This document shows, in pieces, positions 35,548 through 46,363 of a stretch of DNA of 64,000 nt. How positions within the stretch are numbered: the stretch's first letter is position 1; every line of letters begins with the position of its first letter. This DNA comes from Callorhinchus milii (Eukaryota). Both the position numbers and the translations under genes were made by a program. The stretch spans positions 7,876,001-7,940,000 of the forward strand of contig NW_024704743.1 in the NCBI RefSeq assembly GCF_018977255.1. Direction: 5' to 3'. The notes beneath the pieces are model-generated. The model was not told the origin of the DNA and made no database searches. It saw nothing but the letters and a program-made list of their open reading frames with translations.

Positions 35548-38500
35548 AACAACAACAAAATTACATTTATAGAGCGCCTTTCACATCAGGAGGTTGGCCC
35601 AAAGCGCTGGATACTCAGAGGTCGAGACCCGAGCATGGGGCAGGGGTGGGGTATGGGTGAGAGAAGGCAGAGAGGTGGGAGGGCAACCAAAGGCACGATC
35701 GAACAGAAGGTCTTGAGACCGGCCTTGAAGGAGGCAAGGGAGAAAGCCAGGTGAAGGGACCGTGGGATGGAGTTCCAGAGTGTGGGGGCAGAGAGGCTGA
35801 AAGCTCGGCCACCGATAGTAGGACTGATCGGGCGGAAGACATGGAGCAGGCCGGAGCCCACTGAACAGAGGGAGAGGGCAGGTTGGTAGGGAGTCAGCAG
35901 GTCAGAGAGGTAGGGAGGGGGCAAGGCCATGGATGGCTTTGAAAGTGAGGACGAGGATCTTGAACTCGATCCTCTGAGGAATGGGGAGCCAGTGGAGTCG
36001 GGCGAGGGTGGGAGAGATGGGGACACGGAACCTGGTGTGCGAGAGTACAAGAGCTGTAGAGTTTTGGATGATCTGCAGCTTGTGAAAGGCAGAGTTGGGA
36101 AGGCCCAGTGCCGGTCATGGCGCGGATGTGGGGGAGAAAGGACAGTTCAGGGTCAAACAAGACACCCAGGTTCCTGACTGGCTCAGTGAGGTTGAGTGTG
36201 CAGCCGTGGAGGCTGATGCTGCCAGCGCCCGAGATGCAAAGGCACTGGCACGAGCCGATCAGGAGAGCCTTGGTTTTGCTGACGCTGACTTGGAGAAAGT
36301 TGTCCCTCGTCCAGACTTGATGTCGGACAGGCAGTCGGTCAGGACGCCAGTAGTCCTGGAGTTGAGAGTGGAGGCAGAGAGATAGAGTTGAGTGTCATCC
36401 GCATACATGTGGGTGAAGAGGAGGGGACTGAGGACACAGCCCTGAGGAACACTGCACGAGATAGTGCGGGGGCTGGAGGAGAAACTGTTTGTGCAATGAA
36501 GTGGAGGAGGTGTGAAAGGTAGGACCTGAACCAGTCAAGGACAGAATCTTGAAGGTTGAGGTGGGAGGAGAGGCGGTGGAGGAGGATTGAGTGGTCCACA
36601 GTATCAAAGGCGGTGGAGAGATCGAGGAGGACGAGGAGACAGAGGACGACCTGGTCGCACATGGTCAGGATGTCGTTTGTGACCTTGACCAGAGCAGTTT
36701 CCGTGCTGTGGGGGCAGCACGGAAACCCGATTGGAGGGGTTCATAGAGGGAGTTGGAGGAGAGGAAAGAGCGAAGCTGGGAGGCAACAGCTCTTTCAAGA
36801 ATCTTGGACAGGAAAGGGAGGTTTGAGATGGGCCAGTAGCTGGATATCTGTGATGGGTCAAGGGAAGGTTTCTTCAAGGTGGGGGTAATAGCGGCTGTTT
36901 TGAGGGGGGTAGGAACAGTGCCAGATGACAGGGAGAGGTCGATGATGTCGGCGAGTAGTGGGGCAAGGAGGTCGAGCTGGGATTTAAGGAGAGGGATGGG
37001 GATGGAGTCCAGTGAGCAAGTGGTGGGCTTCATGGAGGATATGATGGTGAAGACAGAGGAGGGGGTGACAGGTTCAAAGGTGTGGAAGGAGGGATGGGTA
37101 GCTGTCGGAGTGTGGGCGGGGGGGTAGGGAGGGTTGGAAGTTGGGAGGGCAGTGGCAGCTGAGTGGATTCCCTCGATTTTGGACTTGAGGAAGTCCAGCA
37201 TTTTCTCACGGTGGGAGTCAGAGAAAATAACCTGCGTGGCGGGGAGGGCGGAGGATCCGGTTGGTGATGGAGAACAGGAGCCTAGGGTTGCTCTTCGCCT
37301 CCAGGATTAACCTGGAATAGATGGACCATTTGGCCGAGGAGAGAGCAGAACAGTAGGTTTTGATGAGGTCCAGCCAGATGTGCCAGTGGATCGTTAGGCC
37401 GGATTTGAGCCAAGTGCATACAGCAGCCCGCACCAGGCCCTTTAGCGAGCGGAGGTGGCTGGTGAACCAGGGTGAGGATCGGGAATAGGAGGCAGTTCGG
37501 AAGGTGAGGGGGGGGGCAACGGCATCAAGTGTGGTGGAGAGGGTACTGTGGAGAAGAGTAAGCGTAGCAAATGGGTTGATGCGAGAGGTGGGCCAGAGGG
37601 GGAGGAGTTCAGAGAACTCCAGGGCAGCTGATAGGGATTGCGGGGAGATCTTCTTCCACAGGTGGTAGAAGATGGTGGTAGGTTTAGAGGCAGTGGGGAG
37701 AGGGCTATGGGAGTTGAGGAAGATTAAATGGTGGTCAGAGATGACCTTGGCGGTGATGGTGACATCCGAGATGCTGAGGCCCCGGGTGATCACCAGGTCG
37801 AGCGGGTGACCGAGGGTTTGGGTAGCAGAGTGGATGTGGAGGGAGAAGTTGAGAGAGGAGAGGAGTGAGAAGTCTGAGGAGGTGGAGTAGGAGGGGGTGA
37901 AGTGGAGGTTGAAGTCACCTAGGATGATGAGACTGTCGGAGCAGAGGCAGAGAGAAGCAAAGAGAGTGGAGATGTCAGAGATGAAGTTGGGGGAAGATTT
38001 TGGGGGGCGGGAGATTAGGGGAATTTCTAGAGAGAGGTGGGAGGGGTGGCAGAGGGTAAGGTGTTCGAAAGAGGGAAATGAGCCGGTGGAGTAGGGGAAT
38101 AGGAAAGTAACGCTCTGGTTATGAGGGCCACCCCTTCGCCATGGCGGTTGGGGCATGGGGCACGGTGGTAGGTGTAGCCTGGTGGTGTGGCCTCAGTGAG
38201 AAGGAAGGTGTCACCTGGGGTGATCCAGGTTTCCGTGAGGGCCATAATGTCAATGTTCACATTGATGGCCAGGGTCTTGTTGCAGATGGAGCTGACGTTT
38301 TGTAGGCCAATGCGAAGTGGACAGTTGGCAGGGGATGTGTGGGATGGAAGGGGGTAGTGGATTGGTTGGCAGGGAGGGTGGGGATGCGGATGAGGGAGAA
38401 GTTAGCTCCCGGCGTCTGGGTCCGGGGTGGCTTGTGGCGGTAGTGGGGAATGGGACAGTCGGTGTTGGACAGCCAATGCCAAGTGCCACGATGAGCCTGG

Positions 38501-38750
38501 CAAAGGATTCCCAGGCTGGAGCAGAGGGAGGCAGTGGGGGAGTGAAGCAGAGAAAGGAGGTGGGGAGTGCAAAGAGAGAGCAGGACAGAGCAGGAGAGTT
38601 GCAGGGAGGGGGACATTTTGAGGGAGGGCCAGCTCGGGTCCGGGGCGGCAGCCAAGATGCACACGCTAAGACGAGAGGCGGCGGGTTAATGGGACATTGT
38701 CAGCCTGCAGGAGGCTGTGGGGGCTAGAGGTGGTGCAAAGGACGGAGGGC
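35548..38750 (-). mobile_element. Degenerate L2 LINE covering nearly all of ORF2
   Basis: ORF pieces carry the APE motifs MALTETW, PPGYTY, ILGDFNLH, GHPLDLVIT and SDH, and the RT motifs [13 protein letters not shown] and [12 protein letters not shown]. It has several frameshifts and internal deletions, and a (GTT)n tail near 35548. Confidence 0.93.
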
Positions 38751-38811
38751 ACTCATTGTGGTTAGTTGTTGGTCTTTTGGGTGTGATATCACGATGATGT
38801 TACTTGTGATT

Positions 38812-39203
38812 TAATAATACTCCTTGCAATTGACATAGCACCTTATCATTGAGACGTCTCAAAGCACTTCACAGAATATACTATAAAGTAATTTGATTGT
38901 ATATTTTGTGGGCGAAACACGGTAGCCAATTGCGCAGCAGTGTCCCACAAACAGTTGTGGATTGACTGACCAAATTTTTTTTAATACAATTTTCTAAAAG
39001 ATGATTTATTTATTCTTTAAAGGATTATTACCCCCGCAGAGCGATCCGCCAATCAACTAACTTCGGGGTTCCTACTTACTGCTTTGTAAACAGAAGCCTG
39101 TGGATTAAGGAAACTTGACTAAGGTTTCGCACTGTCCAGGAATCAAACTCAAGTCCTCTCGCTTGCGAGGCGAATGCTCTAACCACTACGCTACAGGACT
39201 CCA
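38812..39203 (-). mobile_element. CORE-intact SINE, full length
   Basis: The reverse complement begins gtggagtcctgtagcgtagtggttagagc and ends in the SINE tail. Confidence 0.88.
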
Positions 39204-40504
39204 CTTAGCTTCAGCTTGGGAGCCAACCTACCCTTCCTCTCCTAGCGTTGGGTTGGTTTGGGTGGGGGAGACATGACGCAAACTGGAGAGGGATCAAAAG
39301 ACGGAGAAATTGCAAACTAATGCAGTTTCACTGATACTCTCCTTCCATAAGGTTTGCATTGTCTCAGGAACCATTCCAATTCCCCGCAGCTGGATTAACC
39401 TTGTTGGACCAACAGTGGAAGAAAATGTAAAATATTTTAAGGAAAAAAACGCAATTTAAACTATCCCTTTTCCAGCTGCTGTAACTAATTTTCTCTTCTT
39501 CAAGTACTTGTACAGAACACAAGTACCAACTCCTCTCTCGCTCTCTTTTGGCCATTGCATGTGGGCTCCCCACCCAATTTGGACACAAGACGATGCAAGG
39601 CTGGGGACAAGCAGTGCAACGATCACCGGATTCTCTTAACAACACCCACGTCAAAAAAAGTCCTGGGGGAACCCGGAGGGTATTTGTAATCCGTTACTCG
39701 TGAATTTATTGCTCGTGTGTAAGTTATAAACGCACTCAAATAGCACAAACCCCTGGGATTTCCCCAAATTCTACGTATAGAACCCTCACCTCTGAGTCAA
39801 AAGGTTGTGGGTTCAATCCCCACAAAGTCGGGACTTTGAGCTAATAGTCCAGGCTGACACTCAAATGCAGGATCGGGGAGTGCTGCATTATCAGAGCTGT
39901 TGTTCTTCAGATGAGATGTTAAACCGAGTTCCTGTCTGGTTGTTCAGATGACATTAAAAATCTCATGGCACCTTTCAAAACAGGACGGTGTTTCTCTTGG
40001 TGTCCTGGCCATCAATACTCCAGATACAAATTACCTAATTCACTGCTTTTGGGACATTGCTGTGTACAAACTGACTGGTGTTTGAAATACTGGGTTTGCC
40101 TACAAAATATACAGACACTACACTTTACAGCAATATTGGAAGTAATTTGAGACATCTCAACGATATGAGTCATTATATTCAATGATTATTAGTGTTGTGT
40201 AACAGAGGTGCACAAGGTGAAATGAACACCCCTCAACTCCTCTTTTACTAAAAGGTCTCTTATTGAAATAGATGCGAGTACAAATTGGAGATAAATGGCA
40301 TCAAGAAGCTTTTCAATAAAATTAAAATGGCATGAGTGTGTCTGAGAAATTAATGTTAATTTGTTAATATGCAAACTAAAGATAAAGTGGGCCCATATTC
40401 AACTGGCAGACATTCACAGCAGGCTGCATTTTTGTTAATTTTTAAAATCATAACAAAAGACTGGATTTCTTTTTGAACCTCTTGACATTTATTAGCTGCA
40501 ATTG

Positions 40505-40920
40505 TTCTCCTAAGAGCAGAGAAGGTTAAGCAGAGATTTAATAGAAGTTTTCAAAATTATGAGGGGTTTGATAGAGTAGATAGGGAGAAACTGTTTCCAC
40601 TGGCCGGTGGGTCAGTAATCAGGGCACATCGATTTGAGATAATTGGCAAAAGAACCAGAGGGGAGACAAGGAGATTTTTTTTTCACACAGTGAGTTGTTA
40701 CGGTCTGGAATGCACTGACTGAAAGGGTGGTGGAAACAGATTCATTATTAACAATTTTGAAAAGGGAATTAGATAGGTACTTGAAAAGGAAAAATTTGCA
40801 GAGGTATGGGGAAAGAGCGGGAGAGTGGGACTGATTGGGTAGCTCTACCAAAGAGCCGGCATAGGCATGATGGGCCGAATGGCCTTCTTCTGTGCTGTAA
40901 TATTCCATGATTTTATGATT
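40505..40920 (+). mobile_element. CR1-clade LINE 3' end
   Basis: RRLSRDLIEVFKIM..REKLFPL..GHRFEI..FFTQ*VVTVWNAL..LKRELDRYL, then a 3' UTR ending gatgggccgaatggccttcttctgtgctgtaa..atgattttatgatt. Related, more decayed pieces lie at about 12715-12985(+), 31250-31370(+), 47360-47740(-) and 55480-55950(-). Confidence 0.88.
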
Positions 40921-41888
40921 TGTTCCATCGCCTAGGTTCTTGCCTACAAATGTAATCATTACACTTTACACTATAACCTCTGAAGCGCTTTGAGACATTC
41001 TCCAGAAAGACACTATATCAAATGTAATAATAATTATTATATTCGGTATAGCTGCTTTCAAGTCAGGACGCATCAAAGCACTTCACAGAAAACACTGTAA
41101 AGCGGACCTGACTGTGTGTGCTGTGGGTGAACAAAATGATTATTTATATTATTTAAAACCTATTCTCTGGTCAGGACACCAACCTTCTCTCAAGATTCTC
41201 ACTGCAACGTGGGTACTTAGAAAGGAAGGAGGGTAAAAAGTCTCATCAAGTCCATTTCCAGAATATTCCCCCTATTCCACCTCCCATCCCACACAGGCAC
41301 TTTGAGAGCGTCGAGGCAGTCTATATATCAATATGTCCAGTCCAGGCAGACACTGCAGTGCAGTGTTGGGGGAGGTGCTGTCTTTGGATGAGAGGTTAAA
41401 CCGAGGTCCCTTCTGCCCTTACCTCATAGGTGATAATATTCTTGGGCATGAGGGGGAACTGAGTAAAAATGATTAGCTTCTTTGCTCAGGAACATTTGGG
41501 CGTGATTCATAGTTTGATTCCTGAGGTTTTCGCAAATACGAAATAAAAATAAAATAAAAAATAGAATAAAAATCGTCATAAAGCAGACACAGCGAGAAAG
41601 TTAAAGGCTCGGTTCCCTCAAGACAGGTGAGCCCTTGGCTTGACTGACAGGTCCATTGGCTAATCAAAGGTGAGGACGCCCCCCCACCCCCCACCCCGAC
41701 CGACCAGATGTGGACGGACACCACTGACAAGTTGGGAGAGGGACCCTCTCAGCTCTACACAAGGAAGGTGCTCACATTGCATTTGCAAAACTCTTCTTCC
41801 TGAGCAGATCCTGTTCAGCCAAAGCAATGGAAGGAAGCAACGACCAGCAGTGTGAGGCTGCAGGCTTTGACTGTTGGCAGTGTAGAGT

Positions 41889-44491
41889 ACAACAACAACA
41901 ACAACAAGATTCCATTTATAAAGCGCCTTTCACGTCAGGAGGACATCCCAAGGCGCTGCACAGTTGGGTCATGACCCGAGCAGGGGGGAAATGGTCAGGG
42001 TGAGGGGAGGGAAGGGAGGGAGCGAGAAGGGGGGAAATGGTCAGGGTGAGGGGAGGGAAGGGAGGGAGCGAGGAGGGGGAAGAGAGTCGAGAGGGGAGCT
42101 GAAGGCACGGTCAAAGAGAAAGGTTTTGAGACCGGCCTTGAAGGAGGAAAGGGAGGAGGTGGCAAAGGCACTGGGGGATGGAGTTCCAGAGCCTGGGGGC
42201 TGAGAGGCTGAAGGCCCGACCACCGATGGTAAGGCGGTTAGGGCGGGGAACGTGGAGCAGACCAGAGCCAGAGGAACGGAGGGTACGGGCAGGTAGGTAG
42301 GGGGATAGTAGGTTGGAGAGGTAGGGGGGAGCAAGGCCGTGAATGGCCTTGTAGGTGAGGATGAGGATCTTGAAATCAATCCTCTGGGGGATGGGGAGCC
42401 AGTGGAGGCGAGCGAGGGTGGGAGTGATGTGGTCCCGAAGCCTGGTGCGGGACAGTACACGAGCTGCAGAGTTCTGAATGACCTGCAGCTTGTGGAGGGA
42501 GGTGGCGGGAAGGCCGGCGAGGAGAGAGTTCCCATAGTCCAGCCTTGAGGTGACAAAGGCGTGGACCAGGGTTTCAGCAGCGTGAGGGGTGAGGTAGTGC
42601 CGTAGTCTGGCGATGTTCCGGAGGTGATGGAAGGCGGTGCCAGTTGTGGTGCGGATGTGAGGGAGAAAGGACAGCTCAGGGTCGAACAAAACGCCGAGGT
42701 TCCTGACTGGCTTTGAGAGGTGGAGAGTGCAGCCTTGGATGCTGATGGTGTCAGCGCCTGAGGTGCGGAGGCGCTGACGTGAGCCAATCAGGAGGGCCTC
42801 GGTTTTTCGCACGTTGAGCTGAAGAAAGTTGTCTCTCGTCCAGGACTCGATGTCGGACAGGCAGGCTGTCAGGACATCGGTGGTCGTGGAGTTGAGAGTA
42901 GAGGAGGAAAGGTAGAGTTGGGTGTCATCCGCATACATGTGGAAGTTAACTCCATGTCTGCGGATGATGTCACCAAGGGGGAGCATATAGAGGGTGAAGA
43001 GGAGGGGACCGAGGACAGAGCCCTGAGGGACACCACATGAGACAGTACGGGGGGTGGAGGAGAAGCCATTCGTCGAGACAAAGTGAAGACGGTGAGAAAG
43101 GTACGACCTAAACCATTCAAGGACAGTGCCTTGAAGGTTGAGGTGGGAGGACAAGCGGTGGAGTAGGATAGCGTGGTCGACCGTATCGAATGCTGCCGAT
43201 AGGTCGAGGAGGACGAGGAGACAGAGGGAGCCCTGGTCACAGATGGTCAGGATATCATTGGTGACCTTGACCAGGGCAGTTTCTGTGCTATGGGCAGCAC
43301 GGAAACCTGACTGAAGGGGTTCGAAAAGAGAATGGGTGGAAAGGAAAGAGCGCAGTTGGGAGGCGACAACTCTTTCCAAGACCTTGGAGAGAAAGGGGAG
43401 GTTGGAGATGGGCCGGTAGCTTGATAGCTGCGACGCATCAAGGGAGGGTTTTTTCAGGGTGGGCGTGATGATGGCAGTTTTTAATGGAATGGGGACAGAG
43501 CCAGAGGAGAGGGACAGGTTTATGATGTCAGTGATATGTGGGGCAAGAAAGTGGAGCTGGGAGATAAGGAGTGGAGTGGGGATGGGGTCAAGGGAGCAGG
43601 TGGTTGGTTTTAGGGATAGGATGAGTTCAGTGACAGAGGGTGGGGAAACGGGTACGAAGGTGTGTAGGGGAGGATGGGTAGGAGTCGGAGTGTGGGAGGG
43701 AAGGGGTGGGTGGTGGGTGGAAGTTGGAGGGGAAGTGACCGCGGAGCGGATTCCCTTGATCTTGGATTCAAGGAAATCCAGCATCTCCTCGCAGTGAAGG
43801 TTGGAGGAGATGACCTGCGCGGGGTGGCGGGGGGACGGAGGAGTCGGGTTGTGGTGGAAAACAGTAGCCTGGGGTTGTTCTTCGCCTCCAGGATTATCCT
43901 GGAGTAGAAGGACGACTTGGCCGAGGCTAGAGTGGAGCGGTAAATTTTGAGGAGGTCCAGCCAGATTTGTCGGTGGACCGTTAGGCCAGATTTGACACAG
44001 GTGCGTTCAGCAGCCCGCACCTGGCTTTTCAGTGAGCGGAGGTGGGTGGTGTACCAGGGGGAGGAGCGGGAGTAGGAGACAGTGCGGGAAGTGATGGGGG
44101 CAAGAGTATCGAGTGTGGAGGAGAGGGTATTGTGGAGGAGGGAGAGAGGAGAAGAGGGGTCGGTGAGGGTTGAAGGCCAGAGGGAGAGGAGTTCAGAGGA
44201 CTCCAAGGCATCGGTTAGGGATTGTGGGGGTAACTTCTTCCAAGGGCGGTAGAAGATGGTGGTGGGTCTGGTGGAGGTGGGGAGGGGGGTGGAGGTGGTG
44301 AAGGAGATGAAGTAGTGGTCAGAGATGGCCTTGTCGGTAATAGTGACATCCGAGACACTGAGGCCCCGGGTGATCACCAAATCGAGTGGGTGGCCGTGAC
44401 TGTGAGTGGGGGAGTTTATGTGTAAGGAGAGGTTGAGTGAAGAGAGCAGGGAAGAGAAGTCTGTGGAGATGGAGCAGGAGGGTGTGAAGTG
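41889..44491 (-). mobile_element. Young 5'-truncated L2-clade LINE (partial APE endonuclease + complete RT)
   Basis: ORFs 43610..44380 and 42111..43784 contain [48 protein letters not shown] and YADDTQ. The 3' UTR ends in a stem-loop and (GTT)n. Probable TSD agtgtagagt 41879-41888 / agtgtagggt 44488-44497. One frameshift near 43821-43834 and one near 42160. Confidence 0.95.
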
Positions 44492-44500
44492 TAGGGTGTG

Positions 44501-44783
44501 AACAACAACAACAACAAGATTACATTTGTATAGCGCCTTTCACATCGGGAGGACATCCCAAGGCGCTGGACAGGGTACAGCATTTCAGACCCGAGCTGGG
44601 GTCAGGGAGGGAGAAGGGAGGGGAGGTGACCGATGGCATTGTCGAAGAGGAGGGTTTTGAGGCGGGACTTGAAGGAGGCTAAGGAGGGGGCGAGGTGGAG
44701 TGATTGGGGGATGGAATTCCAGAGGCTGGGGGCAGAGTAGCTGAAGGCTCTCCCGCCAACGGTGGGGTGGGTGGGTCGGGGTG
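44501..44783 (-). mobile_element. L2 3' fragment abutting the long young L2
   Basis: VGGRAFSYSAPSLWNSIPQSLHLAPSLASFKSRLKTLLFD with a (GTT)n tail. Confidence 0.88.
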
Positions 44784-46090
44784 AAATGCACATTTTATAC
44801 CAAGTCTAGAGAAACATTGGTGAGCTGGTAGATAGATTTGAGCCCCTGGCCACTCACTGCCTAAGCTACTGTCTGTTTAAGTGGACATTAAAGTCCTGTG
44901 GACACTACTGGAAAAGAGAAGGGAGTTTCTCCCAGTGCCTAGCAAACACTCCCCTAGATTTATTCACACCTTGGCTGTTTGAGGGACATTGATGTCCACA
45001 TAACAGCTGTCATGTTCGCCTACAAATATGTAGTCACTGCACTTTACAGTCAGACGTCCTCTTGACGTGAAAGGTGATAACCAAATACATTAAGTAAAGT
45101 ACTTTGAGACGTTTTAACACTATCTTTTTTTTAGTCAGGCGAGTGTCTGACAAGTGCGGAAATCCATCACCATGCTTAAGAGTACCCAAACCATATCCAA
45201 ACTGAGATTTCCATGCATCCAACCTACACATGGAAATTCCAGAGATAAGATTGTTGGAATGGAATGCGCTCTCTCTCCCTGGAGGGACGCATTCTGCTTA
45301 CCTAATTCCAGAAAGTATTAGAATTTAATAACAATATTTATTATAAGATCTAGATCAAGGCTGACTATTATCTAGAATTTGATATGCTGGAATCATTAAA
45401 TTCAAGGCTGATTATTATCATTATGATAATATTCTCTTCTGTTGTTGGTCACTCATTTGGTCACTTGAGTCAGTCCCCTTCAAGAGGAGTGACTGAGTGA
45501 CCAAAGGTGACTGTCAACCTGGGAAATTCCTGGTCTCTGCTCGCCCTGATCAACATGGCAGCCTGTTTGAGAAAAGGAACTCACTCACAGGGAGGTGTGA
45601 GCAATGCAGTGCACAAACCCACTCCTGACGGTCTACTAGCAGGAAAGTCCAGGTATACTCAGTGTGTGACTCATTCTCAACAGTACGAGACAGCTGTTGA
45701 TATGAGACTGCAGATTTGAGGAACTAATCTCATTTATCGGTTACTGTAAACAAACGATTCAACTAAATTAACCACTGAATCATTTTTTAATAAGAGGATT
45801 CAAAGTGTGAGCTTATGCTTGTTGAGCCAAATGCGCTCTTCCTAAGCTGTAATTATTAAGATTCCAACCAGGTTATAACAGGGTTGAACCTGCACCTGTT
45901 TAGCATTTCACTGCCTATGCAGAAGGAAGGGGGCTCGTGATAGCGATCAGCTTGAAGGGCGTTGGTGAACGTTATCTTGACCAATTGGCCATTCTTCTAA
46001 GACCCGGCTCAAAAGCCTCTGGTCACCTCTCCCTTTCTCCCTCCCACTGCTTTGAGTCCATCCCTAACAATGTCAAGTGCTCCAAGACAT

Positions 46091-46363
46091 TGGAGTTCTG
46101 TAGCTCAGTGGTTAGAGCACTCGCCTTGCAAGCGAGAGACCTGGGTTTGATTCCCAGCAGGGCAAAACCTTGGGCAAGTTTCCTTACTCCACACGCTTCA
46201 TAATAATCCCTCAAGAAAAAAAAACAATAGTAGATTGATCACTTCAATCCACGACTGTTTGTGGGACTCTGCTGTGCGCAATTAGCTGCCGCGTTTCGCC
46301 CACAAAAATATACAGTCAACTCACTTTACAGTATATTCTGTGAAATGCTTTGAAACGTCTAGA
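46091..46363 (+). mobile_element. CORE-deleted SINE lacking its extreme 3' end
   Basis: Head and body as at 8142; stops after acgtctagaaga. Confidence 0.88.

Noticed and set aside
43784..43840. Programmed frameshift in L2 ORF2, suggested by breaks at the same spot in two copies (43821-43834 and 37235-37250)
   Set aside because: The two copies shift by different amounts (17-nt and 13-nt spacers), and the fragment at about 59360 has an in-frame 18-nt spacer. Independent deletions or errors in a C-rich tract explain it.
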